A stretch of 63,898 nucleotides of DNA, filler included, from Choristocarpus tenellus KU-1152 (Eukaryota; Protista; Phaeophyceae), in assembly GCA_964200185.2 (NCBI GenBank). It is 9 parts of 9 records of this genome, joined end to end, with 100 filler letters (N's around TTAATTAATTAA, not from the genome) between each part and the next. Parts side by side here need not be neighbours in the genome. Positions count along the whole stretch, not along the records: positions 28,009 to 36,986 come from CAXNAD020004139.1; positions 37,087 to 47,046 come from CAXNAD020003242.1; positions 47,147 to 53,776 come from CAXNAD020007708.1; 6 more parts are not named here. One strand, 5' to 3'. The notes under the pieces were generated by a model. It was not told where the DNA came from. It made no database searches and saw nothing but the letters and a program-made list of their open reading frames with translations. Below are positions 36,971 through 49,767 of the stretch, one piece after another (position 1 is the stretch's first letter; every line of letters starts with the position of its first letter). The position numbers and the translations under genes were made by a program.

Positions 36971-39900
36971 GCGGGGGGGGGGGGGGNNNNNNNNNNNNNN
37001 NNNNNNNNNNNNNNNNNNNNNNNNNNNNNNTTAATTAATTAANNNNNNNNNNNNNNNNNNNNNNNNNNNNNNNNNNNNNNNNNNNNCCTTGCCCCACACT
37101 GCCCCCACCTCCTCCCCCTCCAAGTTCTTCTTCTCCTGCCCCTGCCCCTCCGCCCCCCGCCCCTCCACCCCCTGCCCCAGCTCCTCCAATTCGATGGTTG
37201 CGGGTGCTTCTGCCAACATAACTTGAACTCCTGGGGGGTTACATTGGTTTTGTATCAGACTTATTCATAGTAAAAAGAACATTTTGTATTCTTGGGGTTA
37301 GGGTTAAGGTCATCAAGGTGTGCATATACTTTGTCGATTGCAGGGTTTTGATTCATTGGCTCATAAATTATAAGGAATATCCTATTGTGTATGCAACACC
37401 ATATACATATACATATATATATATGTAATATACATAATAAAATAAAACGACAAAGAGCATAAAGCAGCACAGTAAAAATAAAAAACTTGAAATAATACAA
37501 CTAACGTGCTCTTTGAATATAAAAGAGCTCGATGGTAGTACACCAAAAAATAAAATAAAATAATTTGCAGAATAAAGTATGAAGTATGAATTTTTCACAG
37601 TGGTGAGAATTACAAAAAAAAACATAACTCCAAACTAATGCTAAACTGTCAAAACACCATGAACTATATTTATTTTTTATTTTTCATGAGGTGGTAACAT
37701 TAGGGTTAGGGTTAGACCTCATTAGACCTCATCTTGTAACCTTAGACCTCATCTTGTCTCCATCCTACTTGGGACCAAGTCGGAAGAGACTGACTCAGGA
37801 GAAGGCAAGGTATAACCCTAACACTATAATAATAGCAACAAGAAATTGCAGTAGACAAGGTTGGGGTTAGGGCATATCTCATGTCTAACTTTCTTGCACA
37901 TTTGACAATTATGTATAAACGAACCCTAACCCTAATAATGTTATAATATTATATAATAATTATAATAAAATCTATTATCATACACCACTACACCTCTAGC
38001 GCTCTCAAACTGCACACAAGAACAAAGCCCAATTCAAGTCCAATTTAAGAGGTAACAGCAACTGAGAAAACAAAAACAAAAACTCCAGGAAAAGCTCCTC
38101 ATTTGTTAGCTCCGGAACATCATTTATTTTATCTGAATCACCACACAGGGGTAGCATTGTCCTTGAAGATAACCTTGTTTAGATAAGTGAATCGATTTGA
38201 ATTTATTTCCTCAACAATTTTCTTATGCTTTACACATGCACACAGTATGCATAAACAAAAATTATGACCTTGGCATAATATATACTCACAGTAGAATTCG
38301 ACTTTGCTCTGACTTTGACAAAATGGAGATAAACTCAACCATAGTATGCAAACCATATATGTGTTTATATATATATATATATATATATATAGCTCTCCTT
38401 GAGTGAGATCAAAAGACATCATAAAGACACAAGGCATAAAAAGAAAAAAATCCCTGTGACACCTTTTCTAATGAGGTCGCAACACCAGAAATAACAATAT
38501 AAATATACATACAAACACACCGTGGACAATCATTGCTTCATCAGTGCTGTACCACAGTGAGAAAACCTAACCCTAATCATAACCCTAACCCTAACCTTGA
38601 CTTGATAAGCTAGTCGCCATGCAGTTGGGTGAGGGAAAAAGAGAGTGGGGCATCATTGCACTATATGGGGTTAGGGTTAGTGTAACCCTAACCCTAAACC
38701 AAAAAAAACTTCACTAAAACACAGTAAATTTGTGGAGGTTCAATATGAAATATCTGCAAAGTATCAACAAATCAGTATCACAATTTTACTAAAGTGCTAC
38801 TTGTTGAATATGCAGGGTTAGGGTTAGGGTGGGGATGGCGGGGGGGGGAAAGGTTATATATTGTCTAACCCTAACCCTAAGGTTATATATTGTCTAACCC
38901 TAACCCTAAGGTTATATATTGTCTGACTGAAACAAACAGCATCAATACAAAGAAATAGGGTTAGGTTTAGGGTTACTCCTGCATCAAGGGAGATGATAGA
39001 CTCTAGCATTTACAAGTAATACCAATATGGTCCACTCTCTACCAAGCACCCAATGAGAAACAATGCTCCTCGGGGTTAGGGATGCTATGGAATACTACTC
39101 ACTCTCAAACAAGGCCAACAAGCAACGCATGACAAGTATGAAAGGTATGACAAAAGTCTAGTATCACCGTTGGACAGAACATGACAGTAGTGGAGCTATG
39201 AACTAGGGTTAGGGCTAAACAAGGGTTAAAAGAGAAAAAAAAAAAAGTGAAAAAAAAAATGTGAACGTCTCATCTCTCACGAGTGTATTCTGAACCCAAA
39301 CACCCGAGGAATGAAAATCTCCTTTGAAGGCTCTGGAACCAGTCTATCGAAGGTCATGAAGAACAAATGAGCAAATGAAGTCCCAAAGAAGGCCCCGTCC
39401 AGAGCTGCATAAGAAGAACATTAATCGAAACATCAATCAAAACATGCCCAGCATTGAAGAAAAAAAATCGACCACATATACACGATTAACACATGCAAAG
39501 ATGACCCGTTCATGACAAATTAGCACACCCAAGAGAGGGGTAGGGTTAGGGTTAGGGTTAGGGTTAGGGTTAAAACATGGACAGCACAAAAGCACAAGTG
39601 TGATTGACTGGTTTGGAGTATTTTTGGGACAGGAGACGGGTCCAAAGGGATGGAGAAGGAATACAAGTAGTACAACATAAAGATAGGTGCACTTAATGGA
39701 TGTACTATGAATACTAACTACATGGCAAAATACCAGAGTTGTGATTGTAAGTAAGGATATAAGGAAAAGAGTACTATAGTACTACTACAAGTGCATGTAC
39801 TATACATTAAATAAAGTACTTTTATACTATTAGTGTATGTAGTATACATCACTATTATACTACAAAAAGTGTATGCAGTATACATTAAATAAAGTACTAT

Positions 39901-42486
39901 TATACTGCTATTAGTGTATGTAGTACATACTGAAAAAAAAATGAAACGCTTCCTTCTCTAATCAAAGAGTCGAGATCAAGGGTTCTAGAGGCTCTCAAGT
40001 CCAGAACAAGATCAGCTATTTCCTTATGTTCAAAATACCTCCAAATGGGTTCAATCTTTAAAAGAGAAGGAAATACGCCTTCCGGATTTCATCCTTACCC
40101 CTACCTCTGGACCTCATGACCCTAACCCTAACTTGAATGAAAAGAGGTGAAACTAATAGAGGATACAACACAAAACAAAGGAACTTCTGCTTCTCTATTT
40201 ATTATTTTCCATACTTAGTCACCCACAAGCCTTATACCCCCCAACAAAACCATCGCCACAATGTTTAGATTGATACTGTTTCCAAGAAATATATCAATAA
40301 ATTAAGTTTATTTTTATTTCACTATGCAAGTGGCATGGAATCATCACTGGCAGACAAAAATCACACCTAATCCCCGGGCCAGGGTCACAACATCCTCCAT
40401 CAAGTATGAAACAATCACAGGAAAAACCTTCACTGAGCCCTCTAAATTGAAAAAAATACCACACTTCATCATGATTACACATAATGTCAAGATATGTCAA
40501 CCCTTATACTGCAAAGAGAAATAAAATTCATGTTCAATTTTAAAATCCAATTTGCCTCTTTCTCATCAATAAAAAAATATTGTGATTCAAAAATCAGGTG
40601 AAGGCCCCAACCAATGCCGTAACATTAAAATTAGATGCTTATGAATATCAGATTCAAACTTGCAATTGTCCATGATATTCTAGAGTTAGGGCTAGAACAA
40701 AAAGAGGTTAAGGTATTGCGTAGACAAGCAATTGCTTTGCAAAGACCTTTCATACAACTACTGACTGAATCAAGTCAGCTTCCTATCAAGACTAACGACA
40801 TTCCACCCAGAAAATTAATGTATTACCCTAACTCTAACTCATCAGCAATGACCATCCAATCATAAACAACAAAGGGCTCCATTTCTGAATTTTCAACTTT
40901 ACCCTAACCCTAACCCTAACTTTAAATAAAATAGAAGAAAAAAGAAACAAGAGTTTGACAAAAATATGAGCAATATCTCAATTTATTGTCAGTGACCATC
41001 CAATCAAAAAGAACGAAAATATCACAAGTCTGAACTTCTTCCTATGAATAAAAATATCTTAGAGGGGGATTCAAGTATCCATTGGTGGACTTTGTGGTCC
41101 TGCAGTTACACTAATGTTATGTTAGTGAACCTTTCATATTAAGAGCCAGTTTCCTTCATCTGATTGCACCTTCCCTTTCTATACTCCTTTTCTATACCCC
41201 ATTTCTTTACCCTGCACCAAATTCAAAGGAAACCTACAAACATCGAACTGGTATATCGGGTATTTAGAAACAACCCATCAAGCCCCAAATGAACAATATG
41301 GGCAAAACACTCCCCCCTCTAGGATACTATGCCCCAATGGTGGAAAGCACATTAACCACAAAAGTATTGACTGATAAACCACTTTCTTGTCCTTATCTAG
41401 ATCAACTTGCACAAGGGATTGGGTCAGTGAGGACAACACTGTCTCTTGTAACCCCTCCAATTTCTCAAAAAAAGACACATCCGGGAAAAAAAATTACAAA
41501 AATTTCAACAAAAAATAAAAAGCATTAAATAAAATTTTATAGCAAGTACCCTTTTCATATCAACAAACACATCCACTATTAATATATATATGCAGTATCA
41601 TAATTGAAAAAAATCGTTTTCCTCACCAAGTAGTCCATCCAATAGAAGCAAAAGATCCTGAACAACCACAGCCAAGGTTCTCAATACCCTGAAAAAGCAT
41701 CACCCCTTTGATTTTTTCTTCCACTTGAAGTTATTATGTATGTTACAGTGCACATACTACTACTTCCAAAGATAACGGTAATAACGATAAAAAATAATAT
41801 AAACCTACATACTCAGCATGTAACAACTATTTCAACCAGCCTGAGACTCATGGTCAACCCTAACCCTATCCCCCTCCGGTCATTCTCACGTTCTCCTCCA
41901 TATGGACTGATTGTGTTGTAGACATCCTTGCACCTGGGGCAGAAAAGTTTAACTGCCTCTTTCTTGGGCTCATCCGAAATACCCAACTGTGACAATCAGT
42001 CACACATCAACACAGTAACAAACAGCGGAGTAGAGAGGTGCAATGGGGGGGGGCATTCAGATGAGAGGATCATACTAAATTTCAATAAAATAAAATGTTG
42101 TTCAAACCAGTCACTGCAATTAATCCACACAAAGAAACGCCTCCTCATGCACTAGTCCCTCTTGCCGATCTCTAGTACCGCAGGTGTGACCTATAGGGTT
42201 AGGGTTAGGGTTACAGAAATATATCCCCCCGGTCCCCCACATCTACTTTGTTTGAACCTTAATCTGGAAATGCATCTACTTACTGTGTGTGTACTGTTAC
42301 ACAATACACAATACACAATACACAATACTCATTCAAAGCAGCACTACCTACTCCTCTAACATAGACTGGGTTCAACATGGGAGATTTGGCATACATGCTG
42401 TTTTAGGGCATGGTTGAGGGAGAGGGTCCGATGCCAATATCATTGTATAATATCATTGATATGAGTGTGACAGGGGCTAAAAAAAA

Positions 42487-42522
<36 letters not shown>

Positions 42523-43723
42523 CTTTTACTGTTGCATGTTCATACCAGAAATATAACCTGCACATTCAAGGGATTGGAGTGGGGGTTGTACCACATTGAC
42601 AAGGCAATATGTGTATGTTCCAGAAAAAGGGATAAGACAACAACCACTCCGGTGCACAGGGTAGGCTCATGGTTGATAGGGTTGACTTTGGGCATGTCCG
42701 GCAAGGAGTGTATGTTGAAAGGCTCTGGTCACACATGCAACAATCTACCCCTCCACCACTATCACCCTGCTGCCTGCTGCCTGGAACCTGAAATGGTCAG
42801 ACGGCATTTCGAAAATTGGAACAATTTTATGAAACCACCAAATCTAGCGATTCGACAATCACTACAATTCAAACAGATAGAAGATAAATAAACAGCCAAA
42901 ATCAAGGCATTAGATTATATCTCTTCTTTTCCCACGCATTCAATCACTGGTACTATCAATTACTTGTACGATGCCCTCTTCTGGACCTCCCTCATAGTGT
43001 CCTGCTGCAAGAGGAACTTGCTATCCCTTGACTTGATATTGATGGACCATGCACACATATCACTTCCCATCACCCTAACCCTAACCCATCAAGAATATAC
43101 AAAGTCCTTCGGACTGATACAAATTATACAAATTATACAAATTATGCACCCAAAGTTTTGCCATTCTAAATATCATTTGTAACCATATTGCCATGATCGC
43201 ACTGATCATGTACCCCCCCCCGTGAAATAGACTACTTGACCTAATATGACTCACGTCACCTCTTTAACATTCATCTCACATCCAGATTACATTATACACT
43301 CAAGGTGGATGTAAGAGGAATGACCAACAGTCTGCACACAGTGCATGCCACACTCTCTACTTGACTGGGGCAACAAAACTTATCCAGTCAAAGCTTCAGC
43401 AACATGCAGCAGAAAGGATAGGGTTTGGGGGGAATCATCCTCTGGGTTAGAGTTAGGGTTAGGGGCTACAGCAGTGCTCCAGAGCAGGTCTGAGTACAAG
43501 TCCATTTTGCACTCATTCGCAACACAGAAAAACAGGATTTGCTACTTCCACCTTATTTCCGTTTCAGCAAAATGGCAACAGAAAGATAGTACATGCTAGG
43601 GTCAGGGGTAATTTCGAATTTTTCCAAAGTGTTTCTTGCTTACAAACAGGCTTGGACCTAGGGTTAATGTTAGTGCTAGGGTGAGAGGCGAGACCACATT
43701 TAGGGTTAGGGTTAGGGTTAGGG
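34912..43723. repeat. Cluster of short interstitial telomere-like (TTAGGG/CCCTAA)2-6 tracts in both orientations
   Basis: More than 20 tracts seen by eye, e.g. 34912, 35363, 37294, 37700, 37922, 38564-38596, 38668-38694, 38815, 38867, 38896, 38958, 39204, 39537-39572 (six units), 40119, 40901, 41856, 42194, 43072, 43444, 43700. Confidence 0.85.
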
Positions 43724-45569
43724 AAATTGATGGAAAGTGAAGGAGTCTCACCGGCACCACTGCTGTTTGCTTGCACAAGGTTCGGGGACATCGCCCAAAC
43801 TCTGCAAGGCGGTATTTTTTGTACTTCATAACCAGCAGAAGAGTGATCATAACCAGGAGCCGGACAGGGGTGGGACAGGGATCATAACCAGTGGTCAAGT
43901 TTTTCATTTGACTCTTCCTAAACAAAGGCAAGAATCTCTCACAACCTCCTCATCCCTTACCTCCTAATCCCTTAGAACTTGTGCCGCAGTAGTGCAAGGT
44001 AGCACTGTACAGTTCTGTTTTGTTTGTTACCTTACATTTGATTGGCTGACATTTGATTGGCTGAGAGGGTGTATTCAACAATCGAGAAACCCATCTCCTA
44101 GTATCGCATACCCCTTACAACACCAACCAACCACAATTGAGGTGTTCAGAAGAAGAAAAAAACTTGCTATAATAGTCTCTCTTCTTCTTGTGAGACACCA
44201 TTCAGAGTTCACACAATAAGTGTGCTTCCTTAAACCGGGAACTACACCTAGCCCCAACCATAAGACATTAAACTACAGGAATCAACAACATCAAAGTGCT
44301 TTCTATTTGCATGTAAGATCTCTATCTCTCTGCACTGAATGAAGATCTTGGTCAATCAGGAAGGCAGACAAAGATGATGTGGCACCAAATTTCAACTAAT
44401 TTGCAGACTGCACACCAGCACATAAAAGCACACTGAACACAATAGGGTCTTGCCAATGATCAGTCTTAATCTACGAGAGCAATGCACAGTGATCAGTACA
44501 AATAAAGTTTGGTCAAATAAGATTTCCTTTACTATTTTATCAATTCAGCGCTCACAAAATTGACTGCAGTCCTGAACATCTCAACATTTGAAGTCTTAAG
44601 GAAGTTAAATCAACCTGACACAGACCACGATTCAAAAAACTTCTTTTACACTCAGTATGTGGTGCATGGCACAACTAGGTTACTGTCGAAGAAAAATAAA
44701 AGTTGGCAGATAAAGCACTGCTTGTATTGATGATATACACAGACGAAGAAGCAAAAAATATCAGCATGTTCTTAAACTTTGAGAAAGAAGGGACAAGTGC
44801 AACTAAACAAACCACTAGCCATGTTTCGAATTTCTCACCATGACCTCCAGACCCCTTGTAGTCACAATGAACCTGGCATGGATCATCCCATACAGCATGA
44901 ACGCTGCCTGCGCCAAAACTGGGTCTTGCGCATCTTGAGCTGGTGGGACCGATATTGGACCACACATACATACACACATTCGTAGCATACCACCGAATAG
45001 CGCCGTGGTACGCATGCGCACACAATGAAATTATCGTTGAGGATGAATGCGAGGTATGTTTGGCGACAATTTGGCGAACACGTGTAGATATTAGGTGACC
45101 ATAGGAGTGAACCAACAAACTTCGAAGAGGGGATGAGACGCGTTGATCAACAAATTGCCTCCAGCACGGTCCCTGCACCCAGCAAGTTCGCACGAGGTTC
45201 GCTTCATGAAGTATGACCATGCTTCGAAGAATAGACGAATGACTTCAGCACCCTCTCAGATGCACCTGCCAGTATTTTATGACTCCCCTTGCCTTGCCAG
45301 TGGAAACATCCTCCATAGATTCGTATCTGTCTCCCTGATCTGTATCACACTTACGACAGAAGGATATGGAGGGCATACCACCGTAGGTACCTTAAGAGAC
45401 TGAGAAAGAGGGTTGGGAGGCATGCTCACAGACCCACCTGTGTGGTCAAGTATGATATCTAAGCACCCTTGGAAGTTTGGGAAGTGATGCCTGAGACCAT
45501 ATAGATTAAATCCGTCTTCAATATAGCTCCGGTCCACCTCACATAGCATCGCGTTTCCTCGTTGGGGAG
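39277..45569 (-). CDS. CKB: Casein kinase II regulatory subunit beta
   Basis: Exons 45569-45438 (RGNAMLCEVDRSYIEDGFNLYGL), 44939-44839 (MLYGMIHARFIVTTRGL), 43823-43752 (FGRCPRTLC), 41986-41890 (VKLFCPRCKDVY) and 39404-39277 (DGAFFGTSFAHLFFM...PRVFGFRIHS). The four zinc-ribbon cysteines are intact. The first exon(s) are unresolved, and the last exon may splice on at 39281 instead of stopping. Confidence 0.93.
39789..39930. repeat. Tandem duplication (~78-bp period) in a CK2-beta intron
   Basis: TATACATTAAATAAAGTACT...TATTAGTGTATGTAGTA occurs twice. Confidence 0.8.
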
Positions 45570-47513
45570 CTTTGCGGAAAGGAGGAGAAGATATTGGTTT
45601 GGAAGGAGTTGAGTAGATGCGCATAGAGAGACCAGGGACAAGTTTCTGTGTCGTCGAAATATCACACAATCTGTATGATGTGGAAGCCAAGCATTGACTA
45701 GTCCTTGATTACCTCTACATAGGAGCTTTACACAATGTTGACAATATGAGGGAGTGAGGGGAAAATGTCTCGTGAACAGTGGACATTCGCTACTGCAAGA
45801 TATCAGTGCCATTAACTGCTACTACTGGAAGGGGTACCGTAGCAGAGACTACCTCACCCAACTGCCTGACCTAGGATTGAAAAGCAAAAAACCAAAGGGG
45901 GTGCAGCTTGAGGGGGAAGCATCCATGGCAACAGCCCCATCCGATAGCGAAAGGCATTCGGTAAGGTCCCAGATTACCTGCCAGGGAGACAGTCCTCCAC
46001 CTATGGACAGCTTATGCCTTGGCTTTGGTAATAGGTCATCTAGAACCCAACAATGGACGCAGGCTTAACCTTGTACCGACTAAAACTGTACTCAAACAGT
46101 AGTATAACGTCTGTCCCCTATGTTAGTGTTAGTTCTATTGCATTATTGTTTCTTTCATTACATTACATCATCATTTTCACATCATACCATCAAACGTGGT
46201 TGTACGTAGTCACATTGATTATATATATTATTATGCCCTCTGACATTTTGCAGAAATCACATTGATTGTTATATAGTAGAATATTCGTCGTTTAGCTTCT
46301 GACATGGCTATTTGTGACGTTGCATAACGTTGCATATATTGACCGATGACCTGTATCACTTCAATACGTCAGTGATCGATCTTCCCTCCACCTGTTATCC
46401 ACGTCATCTACATCTACAAACTAGATACCATTGTCATATCTCGCTTCAAAAAAACATATATAATGTCAGAGGGCATAATAATATAAATATAAAATTCACA
46501 AAATTTGTATGTAATGTTAGTAAGTGGCTATTTGTAGGAATTGTTGTGAGAGGTTAATCCCCAATCACTTGATAACTACGGCCAATCAGACACCTCCTTC
46601 TCGGTTATGCACTGGATCACCTACCCAATCGGGAGACTTTACTGAATAACATTCCCAATTCAACTGTACTCATACACTATTTATGAACTTCAAAGAAGTT
46701 CATTTACACATCCATCCCCTTCCATGTTGTACAACAAATCGATTGGAGCGATCATGAATAGAGTTCAGTGTACCTCAGCAAAAAAGGTCTTACACGTACT
46801 TGGGGAAACCAGGCGGTAACTTTGTCTTCATTACATTCTCACAAGCGAACCTGACTGATGTGTCTCGTACGAACCTGAATGTTATCACCAATCGAATCAG
46901 ATCACACAAAATAATGTTTTGTTTTGCTCACGAATTCTGGATTATTATTATTATTATTTTGCACATTCCTATTTTCTTATTCCTCTATCCTCTATTCCCC
47001 ACTGGATGACCAACCAGTGCGAATGCCCTTCGTCACTGGTTGCCAGNNNNNNNNNNNNNNNNNNNNNNNNNNNNNNNNNNNNNNNNNNNNTTAATTAATT
47101 AANNNNNNNNNNNNNNNNNNNNNNNNNNNNNNNNNNNNNNNNNNNNCCCCCCCAGATATTTTGGGTCAAAGGTGTATTGTCGTTGATGAAAATATACATA
47201 ATATTGTACAGAAGATTGGGTCAAATAGAGTGTTTATGGTGACTCAATATATATATATGGAAAAATTGATGGCATTATTAAGAGTAGAGATTAGTTACTG
47301 TAATATGACCTTCTATTCATAGATGGTAAACATTCTCTGCATGCTGCTTTATTTATTTTAGTTCGAGGTATAATTTATGATTGGAAGCCCTACCACCAGG
47401 TGATACAAATATCTTAGATATAGTTCAAGGTTCTGGAGTATGTAGTTCCACCCATCAATCCAATGTTTGGTGATCTCTCAACAAAGTCTCTTTTCCATCT
47501 ATTTCTGTTGCAG

Positions 47514-49767
47514 ATCCTGTAGGGGTTCCCATTGGCTTTGCATGCCTCCTTTGGCACCAAAAGGAAAGAATCAACCCTCCCATAGAGGATGAAGATGAGC
47601 AACATAAGGGAAAGTATTATATCCAGGTGAAGCTGGAATCTTGTATTGTTTTGTTTTATTTGAGTTTTGCTAAGTACTATGTGTGCCAAATCATCTTGAC
47701 TGTACTTCACTAGGAGTAGCTTCAAATATGCCCTGTTTAATCTGAAGACCGACAATAGGAGAGTACATTACTGTGAAGAGAGCCGTGTTGAGATACAGTT
47801 GGTCACTATACGTTTCTCTTGACACTGTGGGTGGTGTGACAAAAGTACTATATGCATTGTGGAACTTATTCCCCCTTAATCATCAAGCTCTACTTGTTGA
47901 ATTTACAGTCGGACCTGTTTCACAAAGCAGGGTCTCGCCACGTACAGCATTCGTTTATCATCTTTAATCATCACATAGCGTCCATCACCAATGCTAATGG
48001 ATTAGTCAAAAGGTCAACCGTGAAGACAATCATATCTTTCTTACGGGAAACATGTAAAATACTTATGACATGTCCGGCTTGGCAGATGAAGCAACTGGAG
48101 CAGCGAGATAAAGATATTCGATTGATTCCAACGGCATTCCTGTGGAAGTCATATCGGCCAGGTGGATACAATTATGAGGTTAGTTGGAGAAACTTTGAAG
48201 ACATTTGTTGCTGCATGTTGAGGTGGATCAAGTCACAATTGTATTATGTCTGTCACATGCTGTGAGAGTCAGTTTTTCCACAGTCCTCCAACCCTCTATC
48301 TACCTAACATATCTTTCTAATCCAAATCCAGTTGAACCAACTGACCTGTCATTGCACTCTCACTGTTCTATTGTACGGTATGAGCAGGTAATTGAGTGCT
48401 TTCGCAGACTGTTCCTGACTGGGCTGTTGGTAGTCATCATTCCCCACTCGTCTGGACAGGTGGCTGTTGGCTGCATGTTTGCCTTCCTGAGGTCAGCTGG
48501 TTTTACCTATAGTAGGAGAATTGAGTCATTTGTTTTGAGATATTTCCTCATTGAGTGCTCTTCCCAATAACCTAAATCCAGTGATGCTTGATATGCCAAA
48601 TAAGTTGATAGTATTACATGGGGGTGGTGCTTCATTTGCATTGACCAAGTGCTACTGCAAATATCTCTTTAGTTTACTTACACAACGTGGGATATTCTGC
48701 TACCCAGTACCATGATACCCTGTTCAAGAGAAGTATCAACACTGGCCTCAAATTTCAGAGTGCAGGTTATGACTGGTATATCGGAATACGTTCATTCCTT
48801 TGGAAGGCCAAATGCAATTGCCCCCTACGCTAAGTTCTTTGCCATGGAGTAACAAGTGTGTGAAGTGCTAAGGATGAAGAAGTATGGTTTGATCCCAACA
48901 TATGTATGCCTATCAATCTCCTATGCTAGAGCTTTGCTCGTGTCTTCTTCAAGTAGTTATTTATTGCCATGGCACTGACCTATTTGACTTCCGTCTCAAA
49001 TTATCGCCATTACTCCAAGCTCAGCCTGGTGCTGTTTGAGCTCCTTCGACCTCACCTAGAGCCAACAGACAGGATGCTATACCGAATGGTAAGTTGTACT
49101 ATTGTGTAGGAACCCAATGGAATAGTGAAGGCCTGGTGCTGCCACAGAGATCTTGTATTATCCCCCAATTCCATTGTCGACACTTTCTGCTCTAAGAAGA
49201 TCTGCTGTTGAATAACCAACTACCCTATGGCTGAGTTGTAGGGGAGAGCAGTACTTAAACATCCTGTGTCATCACTAGTTGTATGTGTAGGTAGTGGTAT
49301 TTAACGTAGTACATGGGACTACTGGATGGTGTGGAGCCGTCACCTATGCAATCGAAAGGATGAACCAGTTGTTTGGGTTCAGTCTAGATTTTCCAAAGAT
49401 CATGCATGTTTCTAGTAGAGCAAAGAGATTGAATGGTACAGAAAATGCAGGAATACTCAGATGCACTCCCCAGCAAGAGTAATACCTTGTTTCTTCTCAA
49501 TTTCCCTGACACTCACAATGGCGTTTTTGCGAACCACAGGGTTGTCTTGTTATATTCTTCACCAACTTCCTTGGACTTATGATCAAAGCAGAGGTAACTG
49601 TGACAGACTCTTGTGAAAGTGCTGCCTATGCAGTGCTCTTGATCATTGCCAATGTGTTTCTGTTGCTCTCTGCATGGATTTCTACTTGGATTTCCCTGTC
49701 AGCGGCACTAAAAGAAAAAAGTCTTCAGATCGAAATCTTCGATGTGAACCTCTCAAGGGATGATTGA
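47514..49767 (+). CDS. 3' end of a multi-pass (TRP-like/7TM-type C-terminus) membrane protein
   Basis: Phase-consistent exons 47514-47626 (PVGVPIGFACLLWHQKERINP), 48086-48178 (FLWKSYRPGGYNYE), 48388-48491 (VIECFRRLFLTGLLVVI...QVAVGCMFAFL), 49025-49088 (LFELLRPHLEPTDRMLYRM) and 49540-49767 (GCLVIFFTNFLGLMIK...LLIIANVFLLL, stop). The 5' part is lost at gap 47047-47146. Confidence 0.8.
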
